IMG/VR virus record: IMGVR_UViG_3300047539_000012
Origin: an uncultured virus (IMG/VR IMGVR_UViG_3300047539_000012)
Taxonomy: Duplodnaviria; Heunggongvirae; Uroviricota; Caudoviricetes
Reading direction: 5' to 3' (one strand)
DNA: 30,652 nt
Notes under the pieces: model-generated
Told to the model about the DNA's origin: nothing
Seen by the model: the letters and a program-made list of their open reading frames with translations, nothing else
The model's database searches: none
Program-made: the position numbers and the translations under genes
Shown: piece by piece, positions 11,701 to 17,659 of the stretch
How the letters are laid out: each line of letters opens with the position of its first letter
How positions within the stretch are numbered: the stretch's first letter is position 1

Positions 11701-11769
11701 GGCGGCAAGATAGATGCCGCCACGCTGCAGAAGTATCGTGAAGGCGGAACCTACGAGCCGAAGAAATAG
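5743..11769 (+). CDS. Large polyvalent protein, 2008 aa: HhH/DNA-glycosylase-like domain, small ART-like domain, ART-PolyVal ADP-ribosyltransferase, M41-like zinc peptidase
   Basis: TAAGGAG RBS. Motifs: QWY...AAAVIASLSP...W..N and KIRNFYNNI...VTIDTHA...YEEAY..AA..LG....ELQSVTW (~8620-9470); RLYHSAPEETAKIIAKDGL...FLT (~9850); TPEFKNWFGKSKVTDAKGNPQVVYHGT...GYYFS...VMPTYVKMENP...GFDGI...YVVFDPTQIKSATGNSGAFD (~10200-11030); TAHEIAH...GGRAIEE...KGD (~11240-11700). Confidence 0.85.
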   Translation: MPEDTVSMAALQNPQPPTPAPAQAAPTTPEAPASQTPSNSVSMAELSGQTALPTTSTASIAPPADSLLDRWENEAKTQFDKVVGPYVPEWTMKPMAAAEKYVLQPFARSSKEVGNITENKVNTFLAYAGDTAGQMEGDESNVAHEPKVSSSLRATQMRLKYEKDNPWLSGATGGLANMAGQVLGDPKMWPFFYKGIVQKLGTMAAADVAPWAEKLMAKGFGVTMGADAAEQLDNLTKNWSNMDDHDKSKAMVQLLAGAYMSQDQLRSGGAPKTEVETPAQGKETQGTTTTQNAIVPSERTTAGVTADITAAQAEKLTGEKANIAARIARGAAEKVASPSAADEQRQSARAQATSQTISAVGQRVEDQINGHMAIVEGGEAPQAIAGTDTASKYEDPHEMWQAMQQTAKDTTFGTADDISKRETAQWQEDVKANDAKNEQMVTDHNKLVDRYNATLGPNEQPEPHEIFKSENFPQPEKPKTYNELRDAVQQQEDLIRSGDNVTRAQAIVDLAKAQKAMDGWFKQHSDEISPAEYNSVRRLWASSERIKDIALDLENPIKAGNLSASKLIQIETKMNRAQIRRGQAPEAFRRLLGDAGYQNWQSITELFKAVKDPDLPSRMLNWAQYGLEYLGAAAAPVLTHLGIGGGAIGEGLVGITAKAVVERLSNAILFDPNFGSSFGKLVDWMKAQGGRALSLQDIPKDIVNKVVGIYKNSKLGQSETGAVSRDTAGAQRGKFSRRGVGGPRRLGGVEPDVSQEAPAAPPTPLEASVAATEAQPKQNPFEAAAEETERRATQPQPAQSALAGVAEETDRQAAIKQANEAQASGVPAAQNAIDPNARAVTNEGRPPNEALAALRDKELATRRPTGKDAETANTPDHTRGMDAINEADKAKPTTTNARGDVKLGIKATIADKLADYPNSGVSLTDKERANPDTVIKKYVDHFTGNLTDLYNSVPDSIKKAAVQWYETAHYSAKRMADNYGVSHEQAAAVIASLSPHNFWDNNVGLADRFIKHWTEAKNHMWDPKMDEAVDRVQAVQNKKITKEEATPGKVASKVFLNILGDIRGKSYAELEPFAKAQGMDTNGLRRLQSQWLRMYDEAHGNPRTPLYSPDGSLRGTTTRIHVPYDVEAKTLELLEGGNDTQHIHDVMGNGQKIRNFYNNIINPWSDKGHVTIDTHAVGAAWGKPVSGKDQTVMDNFGGNPGYNKMGMKGLYPVYEEAYRQAAQKLGIQPRELQSVTWEAIRSLIDEADKKKPGFRKDMDDIWKDVENKKHDRATGMQKVIARAGGYTKPDWVHQQDWDADKSRPDYKPPVNPPTNPETPVNPNGPISKVGGQQNKTVNPDKPYAEWTQEEKNHDWANRNKLPIDERNRVRLYHSAPEETAKIIAKDGLRGGSFLTDDKATAMQQAGRDRGLKAGELAVFEAWVPLGSFHGGTWAQTIGHLSADTLSLRLDPTQVDGPTLDGLVKTKAEVSKVGGQQNQTVNPVTKTPEFKNWFGKSKVTDAKGNPQVVYHGTTHDFQEFKPERGNADSAYGPGYYFSSNPTDASGNYAGEGPDLTNRIENLTEQIIQDNYDSGDRAITKAAARAQATKQLSGNKPNVMPTYVKMENPVKISPKGGTEFEFNMDEDGNESGNGIDLYNAIHEVAGRYEDADGQTFEGDRTCQKISEKLGPEFSAYQFDRAFKEVLSDQDIYSPGEALSKVFKEAGFDGIQQDAWSEFGKGGPSHPKYGGMANMKQGTTHYVVFDPTQIKSATGNSGAFDPKNPSIANQTVKIGEGETHLTGDVNMREMPDKESKWVGMPRPPIRKVHGRIPAPQLNDMVDWYRANATPEQRMVATAHEIAHEHLQKVNGISMEGSSISLGHARIPGNYKDLSGAYLDTGKGIDAAYQAAHVDKLAGNRAPMLKFLSDYSTQMMGGRAIEEMLNVPAKEVKVHAKGDVNDVKAILANQGMHSLLMDNYLDAATERAKFILQEDWPKIQHMVAQAVQHYGGKIDAATLQKYREGGTYEPKK
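9719..10189 (+). repeat. 42-bp direct repeat (9719-9760 and 10148-10189) flanking a domain inside the polyvalent gene
   Basis: TTAGCAAAGTGGGCGGCCAGCAGAAT[a/c]AGAC[g/t]GTGAACCCTG, 2 mismatches; period 429 nt (143 codons), in frame (SKVGGQQN[K/Q]TVNP). Confidence 0.95.
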
Positions 11770-11770
11770 G

Positions 11771-11799
11771 TTGCAATTCGGCAAAGTTTGTGGTACAGT
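11771..11799 (+). promoter_or_regulatory. Sigma70-type promoter
   Basis: TTGCAA-17 nt-TACAGT with extended -10 (TGTGG), directly after the polyvalent gene stop; GGAGG RBS follows. Confidence 0.7.
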
Positions 11800-11815
11800 A
11801 AATATGGAGGTAATC

Positions 11816-11953
11816 ATGGACAAGGAAAAGTTGGCAGAAATCGAGAAGCGGATGAACGAGATGACGAAGGGTCTCAAGCCCACTTCGGACACCCCCCTCT
11901 ACATCCCCCGGATCAAGTACAATCCGATTCCAGTTGATGAAGATGAGGCTTGA
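11816..11953 (+). CDS. Small hypothetical protein, 45 aa (MDKEKLAEIEK...VDEDEA)
   Basis: GGAGG-5 nt-ATG at 11816, downstream of its own promoter. Confidence 0.7.
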   Translation: MDKEKLAEIEKRMNEMTKGLKPTSDTPLYIPRIKYNPIPVDEDEA

Positions 11954-11978
11954 CTTCAGTCTCGCCCTGTGGTACAAT
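11950..11978 (+). promoter_or_regulatory. Sigma70-type promoter
   Basis: TTGACT-17 nt-TACAAT with extended -10 (TGTGG); the -35 overlaps the TGA stop of the upstream micro-gene. Confidence 0.8.
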
Positions 11979-11995
11979 TGTAACTGGAGAACCCT

Positions 11996-12256
11996 ATGAA
12001 GCCCTACGACCCAAACGTCAGTCCGACCGAATCGCTCATGGCCCACTACAAGGTGCCCATGACTCGTGAGAACTATCTGGAGTTGGCCGGGTTCGAGGGA
12101 GAGCCCACAGCCGAACAGGAAGCGGACATCCCCGCACGATTCCGACTCCCCGATGAAGATGAGAAGGTCATTCCGAACCCAGAGAATGGCCCGAAAAAGT
12201 CCGCACACGCGAGCAAGCCCGACTGGGAATCGCTACTGCGGACTGCAAAGAAGTAA
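11996..12256 (+). CDS. Small hypothetical protein, 86 aa
   Basis: GGAG RBS, own promoter, acidic core PMTRENYLELAGFEGEPTAEQEADIPARF. Confidence 0.8.
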   Translation: MKPYDPNVSPTESLMAHYKVPMTRENYLELAGFEGEPTAEQEADIPARFRLPDEDEKVIPNPENGPKKSAHASKPDWESLLRTAKK

Positions 12257-12261
12257 ACGAG

Positions 12262-12318
12262 AGCCCCGCTGCTACCCGTCACTCGCCCCCAAATTGGGCG
12301 GGGGGATGCGGCGGGGTT
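12262..12318 (+). other. Long GC-rich intergenic stem-loop (possible terminator or processing site)
   Basis: AGCCCCGCTGC (12262-12272) pairs with GCGGCGGGGTT (12308-12318); inner stem CGCCC/GGGCG; no clear U-tract. Confidence 0.55.
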
Positions 12319-12348
12319 AAGATTGTACGTCGTAACATGGGGGGAACC

Positions 12349-12804
12349 GTGCTCAAGCACGATGATTATATAAAGGCGAAACTCGTAGAGTACGGCTGGC
12401 GTTTCGGGCAGTCTTACGGGGGTGGGCATTTGGCGGGCCAGATGGTCATGCACGTTATTGCCAACCGTGTAAGGGTTGGCTGGGGCCCGTGGCTCCGTAT
12501 GCTTGACCGAGTGCCAGACTACATGGCGGAAAACGTTCTGCCAGAAATGGTGCATCCGTCTATTTGGGAACCCACCTTCGTAAAACTTCTCTCGGCGGTA
12601 GACGGCATCTTTGACGGCTCCGCAGCCGACATGACTCGGGGTGCCCACAGCGAGAACAAGTCGGGCGCACTCTTCTTCTGTGCGTTGAACAAAGTCGAGC
12701 GTCCTTGGTTCAAAACTAGTATCATCGATGCTGTCAATCCGATCACAGGACTACGGGTACACAAGAAAGTTGCCGACATGAACACGTTGGCATTCTTTGA
12801 TTGA
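12349..12804 (+). CDS. Divergent SleB/Hydrolase_2-like cell-wall hydrolase homologue
   Basis: GQMVMHVIANRV and DMTRGA..LFF resemble SleB GQxAVAxVIxNRV and DPTxGAxxF; the EARGE catalytic motif is not recognisable. GTG start after GGGGGA; ATG 12337 is an alternative. Confidence 0.45.
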   Translation: MLKHDDYIKAKLVEYGWRFGQSYGGGHLAGQMVMHVIANRVRVGWGPWLRMLDRVPDYMAENVLPEMVHPSIWEPTFVKLLSAVDGIFDGSAADMTRGAHSENKSGALFFCALNKVERPWFKTSIIDAVNPITGLRVHKKVADMNTLAFFD

Positions 12805-12810
12805 GGACTT

Positions 12811-12993
12811 ATGAATCTCCTATTCACAGACATCATCGACAAGATGGACAAACTGCTTAGCGTACTCTTCAAGTATGAACTCCACGCATTCATCCTGCTT
12901 CTCGCAGGCGTAACAATGTACCTGCACGGGCTGGTGGAACAAGGCGCGGGGGTCATCGGCGCAGCACTACTGATTTTCAAGGGGAAGAACTGA
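12811..12993 (+). CDS. Holin-like small membrane protein, 60 aa
   Basis: GAGG RBS; two hydrophobic segments and a basic C-terminus. Confidence 0.55.
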   Translation: MNLLFTDIIDKMDKLLSVLFKYELHAFILLLAGVTMYLHGLVEQGAGVIGAALLIFKGKN

Positions 12994-13220
12994 TGGAGCC
13001 TACGACACATGAATTTGAGATGATGCGGCTCCTCGGAGACATCCGGGCTGAAGTCGCCTCTACTAAAGAAATCCTTGTAGGGTTGGCGGGTCCAACAGGC
13101 AGGGTAACAGCCCTTGAACAGTCGGCCAGAACGGCGAGTACACACCTGTGGATACATTCGGCTATCGTGGTTCCTGTGGTCACCACGGCGCACCTTATAG
13201 CGAAGCATTTCGGTTTTTAA
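12993..13220 (+). CDS. Small membrane protein (short coiled coil plus C-terminal TM), lysis-region type
   Basis: TGATG coupling; GRVTALEQ coiled-coil motif followed by a hydrophobic helix. Confidence 0.6.
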   Translation: MEPTTHEFEMMRLLGDIRAEVASTKEILVGLAGPTGRVTALEQSARTASTHLWIHSAIVVPVVTTAHLIAKHFGF

Positions 13221-13221
13221 G

Positions 13222-13250
13222 TTGACAATAGCCCGAAAGTGTAGTACGCT
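13222..13250 (+). promoter_or_regulatory. Sigma70-type promoter of the nucleotide-metabolism operon
   Basis: TTGACA-17 nt-TACGCT; GGAGG RBS at ~13259. Confidence 0.75.
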
Positions 13251-13267
13251 TTGAAAGTGGAGGTTAC

Positions 13268-14947
13268 ATGGCGACGAAGAAACTCACGAAGGCCGATGTC
13301 GTAGCGGACGCTCTGGCGATTGCACTGTCGATCTCAGAACCCCTCACCCGAGACTATCTCAGGTCGAAGTCCGAATACTCCGACCAGCAGCGTTCCAAGT
13401 TCTTTCCCACGCACGATTCTCTGTTATCCGCTATCTCCGATAAACTAACACCGACCCAGCGCAAGGCTGGCATCGGCAAGCCGCTCGCAGGCGGGCAACT
13501 GAAGGCCAAGGAAGTTCGGGCCGCCCAACCTCACACCAGCGAAGTCAAGCGTTACATCCTGACGTCGGCCCAGAATAACACCTTCGTCCACGAATACTTT
13601 TGGGATAATCTTCTCGCATTCGCAGAGCACTACGACGCCCAGATCATGGTCGGCACGTTCTCGTACAATCAGAATCGCTTCGGCAAGTTGGCTGTCAAGC
13701 ATGGCACTAAGAAGCCTTACGAGTACGAACTGTGGTTCGACGAGCACATCAAGCCTTACATCATGGACTGTACGGTGTTCCTTGCTCCGAGTCTGGTATG
13801 GTGCGGTGAGATGAACATCCAGCCAACTGAGCAGAATCCGTTGTCGGGCCTTGAGTCTCACAAGGGCGGCACGAGCGTGATCTTCCCGCATACGAGGATC
13901 GAGATGCGGTCGATTGCGATGCCCACAGGCGAGCCTGCCAAGATGCTGTATACGACGGGCGCAGTCACACAACTCAACTACATCCAGAAGAAGGCTGGCC
14001 AGAAGGCAGAGCACCACCACAGGTACGCATTCCTCATCGTCGAAGTAGACGGCAAGGGAAATTGGTGGGTTCGTCAAGTGGCCGCACGCAAGAACGGTCG
14101 CGTCATTCAAGACTTAGACGTCATCGTTGAAAATGGCAAGGTCACGACAGGGGCACAGGTAGAGGCGATTACGTGGGGCGATCTGCACGCCACGATATCC
14201 GAGCCGACGGTAGTCGCGGCCTCTATAGAAATGCTCGACATCCTAAAACCGAAAAGCCAGTTCCTTCACGATATTATGGAAGGTGCCTCGATTAACAGGC
14301 ACGTCCGTAAGCACAATCTCAGTCATGAGCGTTTTCATACTTGGCTCCGTGGTCTAGGCCGGGTTGATGAAGAGTTACGTCGTACCAGAACGGTGTTGGA
14401 GCAGTATCTCCGACCGTGGTGTAAGACGGTCGTGCCCGACTCGAACCACGATGCGGTATGGATGCACTCGTGGCTGCAAGAAGCCGACTATCGCCTTGAC
14501 CCAGCCAACGCAGAATTGTTCCTCGGGCTGCAGAGATTCATGTACGCAGAGATTCGTGCGGGTAAGTTGCCGAAGAACGTCAACCTAGCGGAGCGGGCGT
14601 TCGTCACCGAGACTGGGCTCAAATCCGGCGCAATCAAGTTCCTACTGCCCGATGAGTCTTATCGGGTAGGCGAAGTAGAATGCGGGATGCACGGGCATCG
14701 CGGGCCGAACGGAAGATTCGGTTCACCCGACAATCTGAGCAAGATCGGCGTGAAGGCTACCACAGCCCACACCCACGCTTGCGGAATCTACCACGGGCTA
14801 TATGTCGCAGGAACGTCGTCGAGACTGACGGCAGACTGGACGTACACGACGGGCCCGAGTGCTTGGAGTCATAGCCACGTTCTGCAGTACAGCAACGGGC
14901 AGAGGGCAATTGTGACGATGCGGGCAGGCGGAAAGTGGAGAGCATAA
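13268..14947 (+). CDS. Calcineurin-like metallophosphoesterase/nuclease, T5 A1-like
   Basis: Motifs GDLH, HD..EG, SNHD, MHGHRGPNGRFGS, AHTH, AGTS, W.HSH...Y.NGQR; length 559 aa, similar to the A1 family (recalled, not searched). Confidence 0.75.
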   Translation: MATKKLTKADVVADALAIALSISEPLTRDYLRSKSEYSDQQRSKFFPTHDSLLSAISDKLTPTQRKAGIGKPLAGGQLKAKEVRAAQPHTSEVKRYILTSAQNNTFVHEYFWDNLLAFAEHYDAQIMVGTFSYNQNRFGKLAVKHGTKKPYEYELWFDEHIKPYIMDCTVFLAPSLVWCGEMNIQPTEQNPLSGLESHKGGTSVIFPHTRIEMRSIAMPTGEPAKMLYTTGAVTQLNYIQKKAGQKAEHHHRYAFLIVEVDGKGNWWVRQVAARKNGRVIQDLDVIVENGKVTTGAQVEAITWGDLHATISEPTVVAASIEMLDILKPKSQFLHDIMEGASINRHVRKHNLSHERFHTWLRGLGRVDEELRRTRTVLEQYLRPWCKTVVPDSNHDAVWMHSWLQEADYRLDPANAELFLGLQRFMYAEIRAGKLPKNVNLAERAFVTETGLKSGAIKFLLPDESYRVGEVECGMHGHRGPNGRFGSPDNLSKIGVKATTAHTHACGIYHGLYVAGTSSRLTADWTYTTGPSAWSHSHVLQYSNGQRAIVTMRAGGKWRA

Positions 14948-14971
14948 TCTAGTTCATCTCGGAGGAGACAA

Positions 14972-15217
14972 ATGAGCGAAGAAAACCAGCCACACGTTAT
15001 CAAATTGGACGGGACGTACGGTGCTGGACCCATGACGGAAGTCAAGGTCTTCACACGAGTTCCCGACTCAAATCAAATGCGGGAAGAAACCTTTATGGTT
15101 CCCTACCTGTTTCTCGACGTCGCACGCATCTCATTCATGCACATGGCAAACCTGTTCGCCGGTTTCTCACTCGTGAGCGAGAGCAAGCCGACACAGTTGA
15201 AGGACTTGGGCCTATGA
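14972..15217 (+). CDS. Hypothetical protein, 81 aa
   Basis: GGAGGAG RBS; ATGA coupling to the next gene. Confidence 0.75.
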   Translation: MSEENQPHVIKLDGTYGAGPMTEVKVFTRVPDSNQMREETFMVPYLFLDVARISFMHMANLFAGFSLVSESKPTQLKDLGL

Positions 15218-15741
15218 AAGTCTACATCGCATCGATGTTCTCTGACAAGGACCGGGTAAAACAGCGGGCCGCAGAGCTGGCACTCTGCGGTATCGCCTGT
15301 ACCTCGCGGTGGGCGCACGAGACTGTGCCGCACAACGTGAAGATGTCCGACTACAAGGATGAGTACCTTCGAGAGACGGGTGCCGTTGACCTTGATGACA
15401 TCATCATATCGGACAAACTCGTGCTGACTGTGCCTGAATCTCAACTGTTACTGGACGCATCCATCGCGGCGGCGTCCCGGGGCGGGCGACACTTTGAGGC
15501 GGGGTTCATCTACGGGCTCATCGTGGCGCAAGCTATGGACGGCGGGCGTCCAACCCGAGAACTCATCATTCTCGGCAAGCCTGAGAACGTGTTCCACATG
15601 CTAGACGGCATCGGGGCGGCAGCACGATACCCGACCATCAAGCACTACGACACATGGCGTGAAGTACTGGACTATCTAATGGAGGAACGTGATGTCATCG
15701 ACGCTTGTAGTACCGCCAACTTCAAAAGCATTGGGCTCTGA
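15214..15741 (+). CDS. Nucleoside 2-deoxyribosyltransferase-like (nucleotide N-glycosidase fold)
   Basis: MKVYIAS start, DLDDI..SD.LV, and GRHFEAG with the putative catalytic Glu. Confidence 0.75.
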   Translation: MKVYIASMFSDKDRVKQRAAELALCGIACTSRWAHETVPHNVKMSDYKDEYLRETGAVDLDDIIISDKLVLTVPESQLLLDASIAAASRGGRHFEAGFIYGLIVAQAMDGGRPTRELIILGKPENVFHMLDGIGAAARYPTIKHYDTWREVLDYLMEERDVIDACSTANFKSIGL

Positions 15742-16063
15742 ACCAGTTCTGCCAGCGGACGCGGTGGAACGGAAGACGATCCCTCTAGCCAGCGGGGTGC
15801 TGGACTATTTCGCTTCTGCTTTAATTGAAGTGGCGAAGGTGTCGTATAACGGAAATCAGCAGCACAACCCGGGTCAACCGCTTCATTGGTCAAGAGGAAA
15901 ATCCGCAGACCATTCGGATACTATGCTACGCCACTTCATGGAACGAGGTACAATAGATACCGACGGAATGCGGCACTCGGCCAAGATGGTGTGGCGGGCG
16001 TTGGCGATTCTTCAACTTGAAATGGAAGAAGAAGGGGCTCCAAAACCCCGGGGGGCGAAATGA
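15692..16063 (+). CDS. dATP/dGTP diphosphohydrolase-like (DUF5664-type)
   Basis: ALIEVAKVS..G...H.....W.RGKS..H.D...RH.......DG.RH.AK..WRALA.LQ pattern; GGAGG RBS. Confidence 0.75.
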   Translation: MSSTLVVPPTSKALGSEPVLPADAVERKTIPLASGVLDYFASALIEVAKVSYNGNQQHNPGQPLHWSRGKSADHSDTMLRHFMERGTIDTDGMRHSAKMVWRALAILQLEMEEEGAPKPRGAK

Positions 16064-16251
16064 AGTATCTTCGTCTTCATGACCTGAATAACCCGACACG
16101 GGTCATCATGATTGACCCCGAGGGGAACTTCGACGTCCTGCCAGCCCCGGGCGGCACAGGATCGATTCTCGTCCATCACGACAGCGACATAACGATCATC
16201 GTGCATGAATCGCCCGAAGAGATTGCAACACTCACTGAGGAGGAAGCATGA
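16060..16251 (+). CDS. Hypothetical protein, 63 aa
   Basis: ATGA-coupled on both sides; C-terminal V.ESPEEI motif reminiscent of FlbD-like small proteins. Confidence 0.7.
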   Translation: MKYLRLHDLNNPTRVIMIDPEGNFDVLPAPGGTGSILVHHDSDITIIVHESPEEIATLTEEEA

Positions 16252-16958
16252 GTACATTCCCACTCGAAACCTATATCAAGTTCATCAAGGCCCACGAGAC
16301 CGTTCTCGCTATGGTGCTCGCTGCCGCCGTCATCTTCGGTGCGTGGGGGCATATCGAGAACATCATCCAGCGGCACGACACCTCGCACGAAGTGCAGGCC
16401 CAGATCGTCGCCACGGCTCAGGCGAAGCAGGACGCTGCAATCGCCGCACAGGTAGCCACTGACAAAATTGCATTCGACGCACTGCAGGCGAAGGTGCAAG
16501 CGAACAACGCTGCGCTGATACAAGCCAATGTCGCTCTGGCTGCAGCGTTGACGAAGCAGCAGAAGGCTGATGCCACGCTGCCGCCGACGGAGTTAGCCTC
16601 ACGATGGAACACCCTTGTCCCGAGTGCAACCGTGTCCATTACGAATGGACAAGCGATACTGCCAGTCGCTGGGGCAGTCGCCACGGTGCAGCAACTCGAA
16701 GAGATTCCTGTTCAGGAACAAGAGTTGTCCATGGAACGTGAACAAGTCACAAACCTGAACACGCTGGTCGGTGCCTCGCAGAAGCAAGTCACGGACTTGA
16801 CGTCGCAAGTCACAGGGTTGAATCTTCAGATCGTGGACAACAACAACGTCTGCACGGAACAGATCAAAGTAGTGAAAGACAAGGCGGCTAAGTCAAAGCG
16901 TCATTGGTTTGAAATCGGGGTGGTGGTTGGATTCATCGGGAGGCAGTTAATCCCATGA
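16248..16958 (+). CDS. Membrane-anchored coiled-coil protein, spanin-like
   Basis: GAGGAGG RBS; N-terminal TM (VLAMVLAAAVIFGAW), long coiled coil, C-terminal hydrophobic segment (WFEIGVVVGFIG). Confidence 0.55.
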   Translation: MSTFPLETYIKFIKAHETVLAMVLAAAVIFGAWGHIENIIQRHDTSHEVQAQIVATAQAKQDAAIAAQVATDKIAFDALQAKVQANNAALIQANVALAAALTKQQKADATLPPTELASRWNTLVPSATVSITNGQAILPVAGAVATVQQLEEIPVQEQELSMEREQVTNLNTLVGASQKQVTDLTSQVTGLNLQIVDNNNVCTEQIKVVKDKAAKSKRHWFEIGVVVGFIGRQLIP

Positions 16959-17308
16959 GGAAGTTCCTACTTACGCTCGCGGCAGTAATGCTTTTAGGAG
17001 GCATGTCTATGGCACACCAAGTAACACTAAACTGGGTTGCTCCAGCAACGGGCGATCCAGTCGCAACGTATGACGTCAAGCGAGCCCAGGTAGTGGGCGG
17101 CGTTGTTGGCGCGTTCGCCAGCATCGCAAACCCAGAACCCTCGGCAACGACCTATGTCGATACAACCGTAGTCGCTGGCTTGGCTTACGCATACGAAGTT
17201 TCATCGGTCAATGCGAACGGCGAGTCGGCACCGTGTACCGCCGTTCAGGTACTCATCCCTTTAGCAACTCCCCAGCCGCCAACGGGTCTAGTTGGTACTC
17301 CTTCCTAA
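16955..17308 (+). CDS. Secreted single fibronectin type III domain protein
   Basis: Signal peptide MRKFLLTLAAVMLLGGMSMA; VTLNW.AP...YDVKR...YVDTTV..G..Y.Y.V.SVN.NGES...P.PPTGL. Confidence 0.85.
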   Translation: MRKFLLTLAAVMLLGGMSMAHQVTLNWVAPATGDPVATYDVKRAQVVGGVVGAFASIANPEPSATTYVDTTVVAGLAYAYEVSSVNANGESAPCTAVQVLIPLATPQPPTGLVGTPS

Positions 17309-17342
17309 TCGAGTTCTGGGATTGGCTGAAAGGATTATTCTG

Positions 17343-17594
17343 ATGAAGTCATTCATGTTCAGTGGGCAGAGGTTTGCCTTCTTCGACACTCAGATGATGC
17401 AGATCACCGACGATATGATGGTCTGCTTCATCCTCTACAGCGAGTGTAAGGGGGATGGCGACATCCCTGTTCACTATCGCATGGGGCCCGACAATGTGAG
17501 CCCAAATGCCAACCTTATCCCCCGAGAGACATTCTTTGGGGGGTTCGCAGACTCACGGGACTTGGCCACGTTCAAGTCCAAAATTGGCATGTAG
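17343..17594 (+). CDS. Hypothetical protein, 83 aa
   Basis: ATG after AAAGGA; the TAG stop lies inside the tRNA 5' end. Confidence 0.6.
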   Translation: MKSFMFSGQRFAFFDTQMMQITDDMMVCFILYSECKGDGDIPVHYRMGPDNVSPNANLIPRETFFGGFADSRDLATFKSKIGM

Positions 17595-17659
17595 CATAAT
17601 GGCAGTGCGTTCGCCTGTTAAGCGAAAGGGTGTAGGTTCGAGTCCTACCGTGCCAGCCA
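17585..17659 (+). tRNA. tRNA-Asn (GTT) with encoded CCA
   Basis: Acceptor TGGCATG/CGTGCCA + G + CCA; D arm GCAT/GTGC; anticodon arm TTCGC-CTGTTAA-GCGAA; T arm GTAGG-TTCGAGT-CCTAC. Confidence 0.95.

Noticed and set aside
10732..11892. Long antisense ORFs (386 aa here; also 6541..7491, 4157..4903, 13445..14110)
   Set aside because: Shadow frames opposite well-supported genes, with no recognisable motifs; expected in GC-rich coding DNA.
17585..17659. tRNA-Asn as an attP/att site or prophage boundary
   Set aside because: No integrase, no duplicated tRNA 3' end, and phage-like genes continue on both sides.
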